A program made the translations under genes and the position numbers. The notes below the pieces were generated by a model. That model saw only the letters and a list, made by a program, of their open reading frames with translations. It did no database searches and was not told the DNA's origin. Positions 20,114-31,457 of a DNA stretch of 64,000 bases are shown here, in pieces. Each line of letters starts with the position of its first letter. The stretch's first letter is position 1. The stretch comes from Thermoanaerobaculia bacterium (GTDB lineage Bacteria; Acidobacteriota; Thermoanaerobaculia; Gp7-AA8), in NCBI GenBank assembly GCA_036261885.1, contig DATAJY010000017.1, positions 226,581 to 290,580 of the forward strand, given 5' to 3'.

Positions 20114-20923
20114 TCACGCGTGGGTCGCGGCGATGATGCGCAGCGGCGCCTTCGAGACCGCGCCGAGCACGCTCTTCGTCGCGTTCGCATGCATTTCCGC
20201 CGACTGCACGAGCACCGCCTCGGCGATGTCGCTCCACGCGCGGCCGCCGAGGTTCAGCATCGACAGCGCCACCTCGAGCGGCGACATGCTCGGATTGAAC
20301 GCCGCGTTCTCCGCGTACGCGCCGCTGACGATCGTGCCGTCGTGCGTGCGCAGCGCCACGCCGGCATACGCCTTCGAATACGGCGCGTAGCTGCGGTTCG
20401 CCGCATCGAGCGCCGCCTCCGCGAGCTCGTCCTCATCGAGGATCGCCAGATGATGGTTCTCGCGCTGCAGCAATCCGCCGGCGATGCCGAGATCGCGCGG
20501 GCCGAACGCATTCGGCAGCAGGGCCGTCAACGGCAGCGTGGCATTCGGCATCGCGATCGTCAGCGACGGCGCGGTGGTGAGCTCGTTGAGAAACTGCCGG
20601 CAGTAGCCGCACGGCGGTGCGTTCACCGCCAGCAGGTCGATTCCCTCTTCGCCGTGCATCCACGCGTTGGTGATGCTCGACTGCTCCGCGTGCACGGTGA
20701 AGCTGAGCGCCTCGCGGGCGAATTCGACGTTCGCACCGAGGTAGAGATTGCCGGTGGTCGTGCCGCGCGACACCACGCCGACGCGGTAATTCGACACCGG
20801 CGGCCGTGCGAATTCCGCCGCCTCCGCGAGCAGCGTCGTCATCAGCGCCGCGACGTCGAAGCCCGCTTCGCGCGCGCGCCGCTCTGCTTCTGCCGCGGGG
20901 ATCACAGCTCGTGGATCGCTCAT
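20114..20923 (-). CDS. cdd: Cytidine deaminase (two-domain type)
   Basis: GANVEF, HAEQ, PCGYCRQF, SYAPYS, ENAAFNPS. Confidence 0.92.
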   Translation of the reverse strand: MSDPRAVIPAAEAERRAREAGFDVAALMTTLLAEAAEFARPPVSNYRVGVVSRGTTTGNLYLGANVEFAREALSFTVHAEQSSITNAWMHGEEGIDLLAVNAPPCGYCRQFLNELTTAPSLTIAMPNATLPLTALLPNAFGPRDLGIAGGLLQRENHHLAILDEDELAEAALDAANRSYAPYSKAYAGVALRTHDGTIVSGAYAENAAFNPSMSPLEVALSMLNLGGRAWSDIAEAVLVQSAEMHANATKSVLGAVSKAPLRIIAATHA

Positions 20924-21084
20924 CGGAAGGGGGATGCTAACCCACCTTTCCCGCTCTCCGCTGAAACGCTGGCACTTCTTTCGTCACTACATCCATGACT
21001 CCTTAGGGTAGGGACTTCCCGACTTCTGTCACTCCCCTATTAAGCCAGTCCAATAAAAATTCGGTCACAGCGGGAGGTGCCCCC

Positions 21085-23322
21085 ATGCGGCGATTCCGTA
21101 ATCGCGTACTCGTCGGCGTCTGTGTTCCCATTCTCATCGCCTCTCTGGCCGGATGCGCTTCGACGCGGCCGGTGAAGCAGAGCTGGGTGGAGAACTATCA
21201 GTACGTCCGCTTCGATCCGTTTCCCGGCATGAACGTGCAGGGGCGGAACGTCACCCTTACTCAGGACGAAATCGACGGACGGGTGGTCTGGAACCTCTGG
21301 TCCGGCGACAACGCCGGCTTCTGGAACTGGCTGTCGCAATACGGTTTCGGCACCGGCGACCTGTTGAAGATGGTCGCTTCGCCGCGCAATCAGCGCTTCC
21401 AGACCTACGGCGTCGTGAATCAGCCGGGCTTCATGCAGGCCGCGCAACCCGATGAATACGGACTGCTCATCGACGTGCCGCGCGAGCCGGGCTCGAAGTA
21501 CGACATCGATCAGCGCCTCGACCTCAAAACGTACGGGAAGTCGAGCGGCATCATGGGCCTGCGGCTCTTCAGGAACCCGAACTTCAATGCCGCGACGTGG
21601 GACGCGAACAAGTACTGGAACGATCCCAATTACTACACCAATCCGAAGCTGGAGCGGCCGTATCGCGTCGGCATGGCCTGTTCGTTCTGCCACATCGGCC
21701 CCGATCCCACCAATCCGGCGAAGGATCCGAACGAGCCTGATTTCGCGAATCTCTCCGACTACGTCGGCCAGCACTACATGAAAGTGTGGGAAGTGTTCGG
21801 CCACGACATGAAGAACGACAACTTCATCAAGCAGCTGCTGATGACCAACCCGGCCGGCACGCTCGACACGTCGTTCATCGCCACCGATTACCTCAACAAC
21901 CCCGGCACGATGAACGCGGTCTACAACCTCGCCCCTCCGGGACGCGTCGGGGTGGCCGTTCCGGAAAAGCTCGCCGGCGGCGCGGCCGATCTCAGGAACC
22001 TCGAATACACGGCCGGTACGACCGACATGGTCACGACGCCGCGCGTGCTCAAAGAGGGAGCCGATTCCGTCGGCCTCAATGCGGCGCTGTCGCGCGTCTA
22101 TCTCAACATCGGCGAGTACTACGAAGAATGGTTGCGCCATTTCCGCCCGCTGGTCGGCATCAAGAAACAGACGCCGATCTCGGTCAAGGCGTCGCAGGCG
22201 AATTCGCCGGCGTGGAACTGGAGCGAGCGCGATGCGCCGAAGCTGGCGGGCTATCTGATCAAATACGCGAGACCGCACAAGCTCGCCGACGCTCCGGGCG
22301 GCAGCAAGTACCTCACCGCCGACGCGAAGACGCTCGAGCACGGCAAGATGGTCTTCGCGCAGAACTGCGCGCGCTGCCATTCGAGCAAGCGCCCGCCCAG
22401 CGGCGTCGATCCGAAGTCGAAAGAGGGAATCGCGTGGTTCGAGCAGTCGGTCGCGCAGAACGATTTTCTCGACGGCAACTTCCTCTCCAGTGAAGCGCGC
22501 GTACCGATCACCGAAGTGAAGACGAACGCCACGCGCGCCTCGGCGACGAACGCGCTCGCGGGACACGTCTGGGACAACTTCTCGTCGCAGACCTACAAAG
22601 AGCTTCCGGCCGTCGGCGCGATCGACGTCTGGGATCCGATCTCGAAGACCGATTCGAAATGGACCGTGCCGAGTCCCGGCCGCGGCTACTACCGCCCGCC
22701 CTCGCTCGTGAGCGTCTGGAGCGCGGCGCCGTTCCTTCACAACAATGCCGTCGGCAAGCACGTGCACGGCATCTCCGTCGAAGAACGGATGGAGGCCTTC
22801 CATGACGGCATCGAGAAAATGCTCTGGCCGGAAAAACGGGCCGGCGCCGCGGGGAACCACGACGGCGCGGCCGGGCAGTCGACCTCACTGTGGCTGACCA
22901 CGGAAGAGAGCTGGCTGCGCGTTCCGGAGTCGTATCTCGAATCGAGAACGCTGCGCCGCCTCCTCAAGCCGCACATGGAAATCGATCCGTCCGATGGCGC
23001 GCGCTATTTCGCCTTCGGCCCGATTCCGAAAGGGACGCCGGTCAATCTTCTCGCCAACACCAATCTCGAACTGGGCGGCGTGCACAAAGCGGGCGATCTG
23101 GCCAAGCTGCTGATCGAGTCCGTCAAGGTGATGAAGGAGATCAGGAAGCAGGGGCTCACCGGCGACGCCGCCACGAAGCGATGGCTGGAATCCGACGTCG
23201 TGCGCGCGCTCTACGCGCTCAATTCCTGTCCTGATTTCATTGAAGACCGCGGCCACTATTTCGGGACCGATCTTCCGGACGGCGACAAACGCGCGCTGGT
23301 CGAGTTTCTCAAGACGTTCTGA
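21085..23322 (+). CDS. Di-heme c-type lipoprotein, RoxA/bCcP/MauG-like superfamily
   Basis: Lipobox LAGC; CSFCH and CARCH; YRPPSL..VW..APFLHN; C-terminal GHYFGTDL...KRALVEFLKTF. Confidence 0.75.
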   Translation: MRRFRNRVLVGVCVPILIASLAGCASTRPVKQSWVENYQYVRFDPFPGMNVQGRNVTLTQDEIDGRVVWNLWSGDNAGFWNWLSQYGFGTGDLLKMVASPRNQRFQTYGVVNQPGFMQAAQPDEYGLLIDVPREPGSKYDIDQRLDLKTYGKSSGIMGLRLFRNPNFNAATWDANKYWNDPNYYTNPKLERPYRVGMACSFCHIGPDPTNPAKDPNEPDFANLSDYVGQHYMKVWEVFGHDMKNDNFIKQLLMTNPAGTLDTSFIATDYLNNPGTMNAVYNLAPPGRVGVAVPEKLAGGAADLRNLEYTAGTTDMVTTPRVLKEGADSVGLNAALSRVYLNIGEYYEEWLRHFRPLVGIKKQTPISVKASQANSPAWNWSERDAPKLAGYLIKYARPHKLADAPGGSKYLTADAKTLEHGKMVFAQNCARCHSSKRPPSGVDPKSKEGIAWFEQSVAQNDFLDGNFLSSEARVPITEVKTNATRASATNALAGHVWDNFSSQTYKELPAVGAIDVWDPISKTDSKWTVPSPGRGYYRPPSLVSVWSAAPFLHNNAVGKHVHGISVEERMEAFHDGIEKMLWPEKRAGAAGNHDGAAGQSTSLWLTTEESWLRVPESYLESRTLRRLLKPHMEIDPSDGARYFAFGPIPKGTPVNLLANTNLELGGVHKAGDLAKLLIESVKVMKEIRKQGLTGDAATKRWLESDVVRALYALNSCPDFIEDRGHYFGTDLPDGDKRALVEFLKTF

Positions 23323-23334
23323 GACGAGGCCTCG

Positions 23335-25167
23335 ATGCCAGACTCCGCTCAGAACCCTGATTTCGATTACATCGTGATCGGGTCGGGCGCGGGTGGCGGG
23401 CCGGTAGCGGCCCGCCTGGCTCGTGCCGGCTACGTGGTCGGTCTCATCGAGGCCGGCCGCGCACCGGAACAGGACTGGTACAACGTGCCGGTCCTGCATG
23501 CCTACGCGAGCGAGCATCCCGACATCTCCTGGGAATTCTTCATCCGCCATTACGAAGACGAGGCACGCTCCAGGCGCGATCCGAAATATCTGACCGATCC
23601 AGGCGGCGTCTTCTATCCGCGCGCCGGAACCCTCGGCGGATGCACGCAGCATCACGCCATGATCACCGTCTATCCGCACAACAGCGACTGGCAGCACATC
23701 GCCGATCTCACCGGTGACAATTCGTGGGCGCCCGACAAAATGCGCGCCTATTTCGAGAAGCTCGAAGCATGCTCGTACGTCAGGGATCCGGGTGCCGGAA
23801 ATCCGAACCCGACGCGTCACGGCTACAAGGGCTGGCTCGGTACCGCCGCACTCGACCTGACCCTCGGCCTTGGAGATCCCGCCGTGGTGCAGACGGTATT
23901 GCGGGCCGTGAAGGAGGCGTGGAAAGACGGCTTCAGTGGACCGCTTCCCGATCTCATTCCCAAAGATCCGAATGACTGGCGCACGCCGCAATTCGAAGGT
24001 GTGGCCTTCGCGCCGCTGGCGACGCTCAAAGGGCGCCGGGCCGGCACGCGCCAGCTCTTGCAGGACACGATGGCCACGTTTCCACAGAAACTGGTCCTCA
24101 AACAAAGCCACCTGGCCACGCGCATTCTCTTCGACGCCGGCAAGCGCGCCGTCGGCGTGGAATGCCTGCAGGGGCAGCACCTCTATCGCGCCGATCCGAA
24201 TGCGGCAGCCGCGAATGCGAATGCGACGAAAATCAGCTACTACTGCCGGCGCGAGGTCATTCTCGCCGGCGGCGCGTTCAATTCTCCGCAGTTGCTGATG
24301 CTCTCCGGAATCGGGCCGGCGGCGCATCTGCAGCAATTCAGGATTCCGGTCGTCGTCGATCGCGCGGGCGTCGGGAAGAACCTGCAGGACCGTTATGAAG
24401 TGGCGGTCGTCAGCGAATTGAAGCAGGACTGGAAAATCATCAGGAACGCGACGTTCGCGCCGCCGCCCGATTCCAATACCACCGGCGACCCGTGTTACGT
24501 CGACTGGCAGAACGGGAAAGGCGTCTATACGACCAACGGTGCGCTTCTGGCGGTGATCCAGAAATCATCGCCCCAGGTGCCGGAGCCCGATCTCTTCCTC
24601 TTTGCACTGGCCGGCAATTTCCACGGCTATTTCCCCGGCTATTCGAAGCAGGTGGAGCGGACGAAGAACTACCTCACCTGGATGGTTCTCAAAGGGCATA
24701 CGAAAAACAATGCCGGGTACGTGCGCCTGAAATCAGCGGACCCGCGCGACAGGCCCGAGATCAATTTCCGCTATTTCGACAATGCGGGCGACGCAAAGAG
24801 CGATCTCGATGCGCTGGTCAAGGGAGTTTCGTTCGCGCGGCGCATTTCGAAGAGCAATACGGCCATCAAGAGCGAAGTGATTCCCGGCCCGGCCGTGGCC
24901 ACCGACGAACAGGTGCGGTCGTTCATTACGGACAACGCGTGGGGACATCACGCCTCCTGTACGAATCGCATTGGAAAACCGGGCGATCCGGAGGCGGTGG
25001 TCGACAGCAGGTTTCGGGTCATCGGCGCGAGCAATCTGCGCGTCGTCGACGCTTCGGTATTTCCCCGCATTCCAGGATTTTTCATCGTCACGCCGATCTA
25101 CATGATCGCGGAGAAAGCCGCGGACGTGATTCTGGCGGACGCAACGAATGCCCAGGCGCGTCCCTGA
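23335..25167 (+). CDS. GMC family FAD oxidoreductase
   Basis: DYIVIGSGAGG, RAGTLGG, GGAFNSPQLLMLSGIG, VGKNLQD, WGHHASCT, LRVVDAS. Confidence 0.92.
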   Translation: MPDSAQNPDFDYIVIGSGAGGGPVAARLARAGYVVGLIEAGRAPEQDWYNVPVLHAYASEHPDISWEFFIRHYEDEARSRRDPKYLTDPGGVFYPRAGTLGGCTQHHAMITVYPHNSDWQHIADLTGDNSWAPDKMRAYFEKLEACSYVRDPGAGNPNPTRHGYKGWLGTAALDLTLGLGDPAVVQTVLRAVKEAWKDGFSGPLPDLIPKDPNDWRTPQFEGVAFAPLATLKGRRAGTRQLLQDTMATFPQKLVLKQSHLATRILFDAGKRAVGVECLQGQHLYRADPNAAAANANATKISYYCRREVILAGGAFNSPQLLMLSGIGPAAHLQQFRIPVVVDRAGVGKNLQDRYEVAVVSELKQDWKIIRNATFAPPPDSNTTGDPCYVDWQNGKGVYTTNGALLAVIQKSSPQVPEPDLFLFALAGNFHGYFPGYSKQVERTKNYLTWMVLKGHTKNNAGYVRLKSADPRDRPEINFRYFDNAGDAKSDLDALVKGVSFARRISKSNTAIKSEVIPGPAVATDEQVRSFITDNAWGHHASCTNRIGKPGDPEAVVDSRFRVIGASNLRVVDASVFPRIPGFFIVTPIYMIAEKAADVILADATNAQARP

Positions 25168-25188
25168 CGTGCCGGCAGAGGAGGCCTC

Positions 25189-26925
25189 ATGAGGAAAGCC
25201 GGGCTTTTATGCATCGTCCTGCTGGCGCATGCGGGGGCGTTCGGACAGATCGTTCCGAATCCGCCACCGGAGAAGAACCCGCACGCGTGGGCGGATGCAG
25301 ACAGGAAGTATCCATCGGCGAAGGTCTGTGGCCAGTGCCATCCCTCGCAATATCAGCAGTGGAGCGTGTCGTCGCACGCGTACGCGAACCTCTCGCCGAT
25401 GTTCAATAAATTCGAGCAGACCATCAATGACCTGTCGCAGGGCACAGTGGGCCATTTCTGCGTCCGCTGCCACGCCAGCGTCGGCACGGCATTGGGGGAG
25501 CTCCGGAACATCGCCTGGTGGGATCGCAGCGCCGCGTCGCGGGAAGGCATTACGTGCGTGAGCTGCCACCGCGTCGGCGAGGCGTATGGGAAAGTCAATG
25601 CCGCGCGCCGCATTACACCGGGCGACATTCACGAGCCGGTATTCGGCCCGCTCGATAACAGCGGCGGCGTCAAGGCGATCAGCAACGCCGCCGATTTCAA
25701 AATTCTCGTCAGTCCGGATCAACCCGATCAGCCCGGCTATCTGCGCATTCACCAGACCGTCGTGCAGTCGGATCTGATCCGCAAATCGGAATTCTGCGTC
25801 GCCTGCCACCAGGTGCAGGTGCATCCGGGCATCAAGCTCGAAACGGTCTGGGAAGAATACCGGGCCTCTCCCGCGGCGAAAGAAGGGATCACCTGCCAGC
25901 AGTGCCACATGAGCACGAATCCCGGCACGCCGAGCGGGTACGGCGAGGGGCCGATTGCGTTCGTCAATGGCAACGTCGTCAATTCCAAACGCCCGATGAC
26001 CGATCACACATTCGTCGGTCCGGGCTATCCGATCAGCCATCCCGGCCTCTTTCCGTTCCGGCTCGAAGAGTCGCCGTTCACGCCGCAGCAATGGCTGACC
26101 TTCAACTATCGCGAGGAATGGGGCGACGAGGCGTTCGAAAGCACCTCGCCGCCGGCGGACAAGTTCCCACCCGAATGGCAGAACGTCGCCGATCGCCGGA
26201 AGGCGTGGGTGATCGTGAAGGAGAATCTCGGCCGCTGGTATGAGCGACGCGAAGGGCGCAGGAAAATCCTGAGCAATGCCTCGCACCTCGACGGCCCGTT
26301 CTTCAAGAACAAGCCGGCGGCGGGGAAGGCGCTCACGTTCGAATACCGGATCCGCAATCTCAACAAGGGCCACAACCTCCCATCCGGATCTCTCGGCGCG
26401 CAGCCGGAGCTGTGGCTCAACGTCGCGCTGCTCGATCCGAGCGGAGCGATCGTCTGGGAATCGGGGTATGTCGACAGTGTCGGCGACGTTGCCGATCTGC
26501 AGTCGGACGACGTTCGTCATGGACGCGTTCCGCATGACGACCAGCTCGTGAGCATGCAGGCGAAATTCATCACGACCAACGTCAAGGGGACCGATCGCGA
26601 GATGTACCTGCCGATCAACCTCGACGTCGACCAGCGGCCGTTCATTCGACCCGGTGGAACGCCGACCTCTCTCGTCAATCACCCGCCGCTGGCGCGCATG
26701 GAAAAGCGCAGCATCCCGCCATTGGGAACCCGCGTCGCGCAATACAAAGTGCCGGCCGCAAAACTGCAGCAGCGCGGAACCTACAAGCTCGCGGTGCGAT
26801 TACGCGGCCGCACGGAGCCGATCTATTTCATGAATTTCGTCAAGGCCACGAAGGACATGATCCGCGCCGAAAACGAATGGGCCGATGACATCCATCCGTA
26901 TGCCGTCGAATTCGAAGTTCATTGA
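25189..26925 (+). CDS. Periplasmic multiheme (5 CxxCH) cytochrome c
   Basis: Signal peptide; CGQCH, CVRCH, CVSCH, CVACH, CQQCH; C-terminal GHNLPSG Ig-like region. Confidence 0.88.
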   Translation: MRKAGLLCIVLLAHAGAFGQIVPNPPPEKNPHAWADADRKYPSAKVCGQCHPSQYQQWSVSSHAYANLSPMFNKFEQTINDLSQGTVGHFCVRCHASVGTALGELRNIAWWDRSAASREGITCVSCHRVGEAYGKVNAARRITPGDIHEPVFGPLDNSGGVKAISNAADFKILVSPDQPDQPGYLRIHQTVVQSDLIRKSEFCVACHQVQVHPGIKLETVWEEYRASPAAKEGITCQQCHMSTNPGTPSGYGEGPIAFVNGNVVNSKRPMTDHTFVGPGYPISHPGLFPFRLEESPFTPQQWLTFNYREEWGDEAFESTSPPADKFPPEWQNVADRRKAWVIVKENLGRWYERREGRRKILSNASHLDGPFFKNKPAAGKALTFEYRIRNLNKGHNLPSGSLGAQPELWLNVALLDPSGAIVWESGYVDSVGDVADLQSDDVRHGRVPHDDQLVSMQAKFITTNVKGTDREMYLPINLDVDQRPFIRPGGTPTSLVNHPPLARMEKRSIPPLGTRVAQYKVPAAKLQQRGTYKLAVRLRGRTEPIYFMNFVKATKDMIRAENEWADDIHPYAVEFEVH

Positions 26926-26939
26926 GAAAGGAGGCGAAC

Positions 26940-28427
26940 GTGAACGTAATCCAACGCACTGTGACCCTCCTCGTGGCACTGTCAATGACAATGGCCGTGG
27001 CGATGCCGCTGTGGGCCGATGATGAACCGCCGTTGATGTCGCCGGAAGCGAAAATGCTCGGCGAGCTGAAAGACGTCAAGGGATGGTTCGGTCCCGATCC
27101 GCAATACCCGAAAGCGGAGTACGACGGCCAGGCGCAACTCGAAATCTACAGTGGCAAATACCTCAACAAGACGGCGAAGCCGCTCATTGAATGGGGCATG
27201 CGTCTGTACGACCGAGGCGAGTACACGCCGCGGCCGACGTGGCTGGGGCGTGAGAATCCGATCTACTTCCACTTCATGTCGTATGGCGATCTGCGCGTGG
27301 CGGGTGCTCTGTATGACCGCGGCGTGTCGGGTGCGAGCGGTACCGAGCAGTCGGCGATCGCGGTCCGTCTCAATCTCGACATGGATCTCGCGCTCACGTC
27401 GACCGAGCGCATCCACGCTTTCGTTCGTCCGCTCGACAAGAACGGTTCGTTCACGCGCTATCAATTCAAAGGCGCGGTGGACGACGAATTCATCGACGAA
27501 TTCGATTTCGATCTCGACACGCTCTTTTTCGAAGGCGACCTCGGATCGATTCGCGAAGGGCTGACCGGCCGCCGCCAGGGGCCGGATCATCCGATCGCGT
27601 TCGGGCGCGTGCCTCTCCTGACGCAGAACGGCGTCTGGGTCGAGGACGCATTCGACGGCCTCGCCTTCGGCTTCACGGCGCGCAACAGTCCGAAGTACGA
27701 CATCAGCAACATGGATCTGACGTTCTTCGCGGCGTTCGACAAAGTCACCACCGCCGCGGCGCCGGGCGACGATGCGAAAGCGTTCGGCTTCGCCGGTTTC
27801 ATGGATGCGCGCAAGGGCTACATCGAATACGGCTACGGGTTCGTCGCGGCCGACGATGACGATCTCAGCTACCACAACGTCACGGCCGCATTCACGCGCC
27901 GCTATTTCGGCCATCTCGCCAACAGCGTGCGCGTGATCGGCAACTTCGGGCAGCAGGGCGTCGCCGGTAACAAGACCGCGGACGGCGTGCTGCTGCTGGT
28001 CGAGAATTCGTTCTTCCGCCGCGATCCGATCAAGCTCGTGCCGTATGTGAATCTCTTCGCCGGCTTCGACTCGCCGCAGTCGCTGGCCCGCAATGCCGAT
28101 GCCGGCGGCGTCCTGCGCAATACCGGAATCAATTTCGAATCCGACGGCATCACCGCCTATCCGACGCTCGATGCCAGCGCGCACAAGGCGTATGGCGGAG
28201 CGGCCGGACTGGAATGGCTGTTCAAGCTCGACCGGCAGATCGTGGTCGAAGGAGCAGTGGTGCAACGTACCGGCGGCAGCGCGCTCGGCGACGAATACGC
28301 GCTCGGTGTCCGCTATCAACATCCGATCACCAACGCCTGGATCGTCCGCGCCGACGCCATGCACGGATGGCGGCAGGGACAGAAGGACGTCTATGGCGTC
28401 CGTCTGGAACTGCGCCGGAAATTCTGA
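26940..28427 (+). CDS. Putative outer-membrane beta-barrel protein
   Basis: GGAGG SD then GTG; signal peptide; alternating aromatic/Gly strands; ends VRLELRRKF with terminal Phe. Confidence 0.65.
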   Translation: MNVIQRTVTLLVALSMTMAVAMPLWADDEPPLMSPEAKMLGELKDVKGWFGPDPQYPKAEYDGQAQLEIYSGKYLNKTAKPLIEWGMRLYDRGEYTPRPTWLGRENPIYFHFMSYGDLRVAGALYDRGVSGASGTEQSAIAVRLNLDMDLALTSTERIHAFVRPLDKNGSFTRYQFKGAVDDEFIDEFDFDLDTLFFEGDLGSIREGLTGRRQGPDHPIAFGRVPLLTQNGVWVEDAFDGLAFGFTARNSPKYDISNMDLTFFAAFDKVTTAAAPGDDAKAFGFAGFMDARKGYIEYGYGFVAADDDDLSYHNVTAAFTRRYFGHLANSVRVIGNFGQQGVAGNKTADGVLLLVENSFFRRDPIKLVPYVNLFAGFDSPQSLARNADAGGVLRNTGINFESDGITAYPTLDASAHKAYGGAAGLEWLFKLDRQIVVEGAVVQRTGGSALGDEYALGVRYQHPITNAWIVRADAMHGWRQGQKDVYGVRLELRRKF

Positions 28428-28437
28428 GGAGGATGCG

Positions 28438-28902
28438 ATGCCTGTATTTCAGCTCCACGTCAATGGCAGCGTGCGTACAGTGAACGTCGACGGCAACATG
28501 CCGCTCCTGTGGGTCTTGCGCGACGAGCTCGGACTGACCGGAACGAAATTCGGATGCGGTATCGCTCAATGCGGCGCCTGCACGGTGCATCTCAATGGGC
28601 ACCCGGTGCGCTCCTGCGTCACGGACGTCGGCGTCGCCGCGCTCGCCGAGATCACCACCATTGAAGGCTTGTCGCCCGACGCCAGCCATCCGTGTCAGCG
28701 CGCGTGGCTCGAGCTCGGCGTACCGCAATGCGGCTTCTGCCAGCCCGGCCAGATCATGAGCGCGGCGGCGCTGCTGCACGACAAGCCGAATTGCACCGAC
28801 GACGAAATCGACGACGCGATGCGCGGCAACATCTGCCGCTGCGGCACCTATCCGCGCATCAAGGACGCGATCCGCAGACTCTCCGGAGGCACGCGGTCAT
28901 GA
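28438..28902 (+). CDS. (2Fe-2S)-binding small subunit, IorA/CoxS family
   Basis: [16 protein letters not shown]...SC; QCGFCQPG; GNICRCGTY. Confidence 0.93.
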   Translation: MPVFQLHVNGSVRTVNVDGNMPLLWVLRDELGLTGTKFGCGIAQCGACTVHLNGHPVRSCVTDVGVAALAEITTIEGLSPDASHPCQRAWLELGVPQCGFCQPGQIMSAAALLHDKPNCTDDEIDDAMRGNICRCGTYPRIKDAIRRLSGGTRS

Positions 28903-31454
28903 CCACGCTCGTCGAGATCACCCGCAGAGACTTCCTCCGCCACACCGGCGTCGGCACGAGCGCACTGGTGCTCGGATTCACCGTTTCGCCGAATCTCTTC
29001 GCCGCCGGAAAATTGATCGATGCCGTGACCAACGGCGTCGCGCTGGCGCCGTTCGTGGCCATCAAGCCGTTGAGCGGCGATATCGTGATCATCACCCATC
29101 GCGCAGAGATGGGGCAGGGCATCCGCTCCAGTCTGGCCGCGGTCATCGCCGATGAGATGGATGCGGACTGGAAACGCGTGACCCTGCGGCAGTCCGATGC
29201 GGATTCGGTCACGTTCGCCGTCGCCTATCCGTATCAGCCGGCCGATCAACCGAAGTACATCGTCGACGGCAATCTCGCGCAATTCACCGACAGCTCGCGC
29301 AGCATGGCCGCCTATTTCGGGCCGATGCGCCTGTTCGGCGCCGCCATCCGGCTGGTGATGATGCGCGCGGCCGCGAGGAAGTGGAAGATGCCCGACACCT
29401 CGCAGCTCGAGACGCGCGAGCACAAGGTGTGGGTCAAAGGGACGAAACGGAATGTCGATTACGGCAAGCTGCTGCTGCACGCGCGCGCGGTGGCGAAAAC
29501 TCCTCCCGATTACGAGGAGATCGTGGCCGCGCTGAAGCCGATCGACAAATGCACGTTCATCAACAAGGAGAAGATTCCGTTCGTCGACGCGCCCGACATG
29601 GTGACGGGCAGGACGAAATACGGCGCCGACATTCGTCTGCGCGGCATGCTCACGGCCGTCATCGAGCGATCGCCGGTAGCGAACGGCGACGTCGAGAGTT
29701 TTGACGACAGCGAAACGCGCAAGGTCGATGGCGTCGTCGACGTCATTCCGGTGCGCCTGCCCGGCCCGCTCGGTCTTGGCGGCGTCGGCGGCGCATTCGC
29801 ACCACACAGCGGTGTGGCCGTCCTGGCGAAGAACACCTGGGCGGCGATGCAGGGCCGCAAGAAGCTGAAGGTGAAATGGACGCAGAGCCCGCACGACGGT
29901 TATGAGACCGAGGCGTATCGGCGGGAGCTCGAAGCCTCGGCTGCGGCGCCGGGCGAGAAGGTGCGCGTACGCGGCGACGTCGACCGGGCATTCGCCGGCG
30001 CGGCCACGATCGTCGAGGCGCAGTATTACGTGCCGCATCTCGCACAAGCGCCGATGGAGCCGCCGGTGGCGACGGCGCTATTCGAAAACGGCAAACTCGA
30101 GGTGTGGGCGCCTTCCCAGAATCCCGATAGCGCGCAGCAGATGGCCGGTGTGGCCGCGTTCGGCATTCCGCCCGAACAGTGGGAGCTCCCGAGCACCATC
30201 GAGGAAATGCGCCGCAAGGTCACCGTGCATCTCCCGCTCCTCGGCGGCGGATTCGGCCGCAAATCGAAACCCGACTACATCGTCGAGGCGGCCATTCTCG
30301 CGGCGAAGAAACCAGGCACGCCCATCCGCGTGCAATGGACGCGCGAAGACGACGTTCGCTTCAGCTACTTCAACGCCGTTTCCAGCCAGTACCTGAAGGC
30401 TGGTCTCGATGGCTCCGGCCGGGCCACCGCGATTCTGCAGCGCAGTGCGGCGCCGTCGATTTTTGCGACGCTGTTTCCGCCGCCCGCGGATCCCGAGCAT
30501 CCGACTCCGGCCGAACAGTTCTTCATTCAGAAACGCGCCGATTTTCACGACGGCGGCAAGTACCCATACTCCTCGGCGACGGAACGCGCGCAGGGGCTGG
30601 AGGACATGCCGTTCGATCTTCCCAACCTGCAACTCGAGAGCTGCGCGGCGAAGAACCACATCCGCATCGGCTGGATGCGTTCCGTGGCGAACGTCTATCA
30701 CGCCTTCGCCATCGGCTCGTTTGTCGACGAAATGGCGCGCGCGGCCGGCAATCAGGACCCGGTGAATTACCTGCTCGAGCTGATCGGAAAGGGCTCGGTG
30801 CTGGATGAGAAGACGTTCCACAAGGAAGGCGTCGCGCATTTCAACAACAATGAATTTCCGTTGAACCCCGGCGTGGTCACCAATCCGCGCGGCGAGTCGA
30901 TCATCGTGGTCAAGCCATACGAGCCTGATTCGCGGCGCCTGCGCAACGTCATCGAACGCGCGGCCGCGAGCGCTCAGTGGAAGGATCGCCATGGCCGGCT
31001 GCCGAAAGGACGGGGACTCGGCATCGCCGCGCATCGCAGCTTCCTCACGTACGTGGCGATGGTGTTCGACGTATCGCTCAATGAATCGAATGAACTGACG
31101 ATCAACGAGGTGCACGCTTCGATCGATTGCGGTCTGGCCGTCAATCCCGATCGCGTGCGTGCGCAGATCGAAGGGGGCATCAATTACGGGTTGAGCATGG
31201 CCCTGCTGGGAGAGATCACGGTGCGGGACGGACAGGTGCAGCAGCGCAATTTCGACAATTACCCGGTGCTGCGCATCACGCAGATCCCGAAGAAGATCAT
31301 CATCGACATCGTCGAGAGCGATCGCGATCCGACCGGTGTCGGCGAGCCTCCCACTCCGGTGGTGGCGCCGGCGCTCGCCAATGCGATCGTCGCCGCCGGT
31401 GGGCCGCGCATTCGCGAGATGCCGTTCCACAGGCACATCAAAGTCGTCGCGTGA
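28899..31454 (+). CDS. Molybdopterin large subunit, isoquinoline/aldehyde oxidoreductase (IorB-like), Tat-exported
   Basis: ITRRDFL Tat motif; [25 protein letters not shown]; ATGA overlap. Confidence 0.9.
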   Translation: MTTLVEITRRDFLRHTGVGTSALVLGFTVSPNLFAAGKLIDAVTNGVALAPFVAIKPLSGDIVIITHRAEMGQGIRSSLAAVIADEMDADWKRVTLRQSDADSVTFAVAYPYQPADQPKYIVDGNLAQFTDSSRSMAAYFGPMRLFGAAIRLVMMRAAARKWKMPDTSQLETREHKVWVKGTKRNVDYGKLLLHARAVAKTPPDYEEIVAALKPIDKCTFINKEKIPFVDAPDMVTGRTKYGADIRLRGMLTAVIERSPVANGDVESFDDSETRKVDGVVDVIPVRLPGPLGLGGVGGAFAPHSGVAVLAKNTWAAMQGRKKLKVKWTQSPHDGYETEAYRRELEASAAAPGEKVRVRGDVDRAFAGAATIVEAQYYVPHLAQAPMEPPVATALFENGKLEVWAPSQNPDSAQQMAGVAAFGIPPEQWELPSTIEEMRRKVTVHLPLLGGGFGRKSKPDYIVEAAILAAKKPGTPIRVQWTREDDVRFSYFNAVSSQYLKAGLDGSGRATAILQRSAAPSIFATLFPPPADPEHPTPAEQFFIQKRADFHDGGKYPYSSATERAQGLEDMPFDLPNLQLESCAAKNHIRIGWMRSVANVYHAFAIGSFVDEMARAAGNQDPVNYLLELIGKGSVLDEKTFHKEGVAHFNNNEFPLNPGVVTNPRGESIIVVKPYEPDSRRLRNVIERAAASAQWKDRHGRLPKGRGLGIAAHRSFLTYVAMVFDVSLNESNELTINEVHASIDCGLAVNPDRVRAQIEGGINYGLSMALLGEITVRDGQVQQRNFDNYPVLRITQIPKKIIIDIVESDRDPTGVGEPPTPVVAPALANAIVAAGGPRIREMPFHRHIKVVA

Positions 31455-31457
31455 ACG

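Noticed and set aside
20923-20946. TCGGAAGGGGGATGCTAACCCACC as a degenerate att copy of the tRNA-Pro 3' end
   Set aside because: Similarity is short and gapped; better explained as the cdd -10/leader; no integrase present.
20970-20985. TGGCACTTCTTTCGT as a sigma54 promoter for the redox operon
   Set aside because: Good -24 box but GT instead of the conserved GC at -12.
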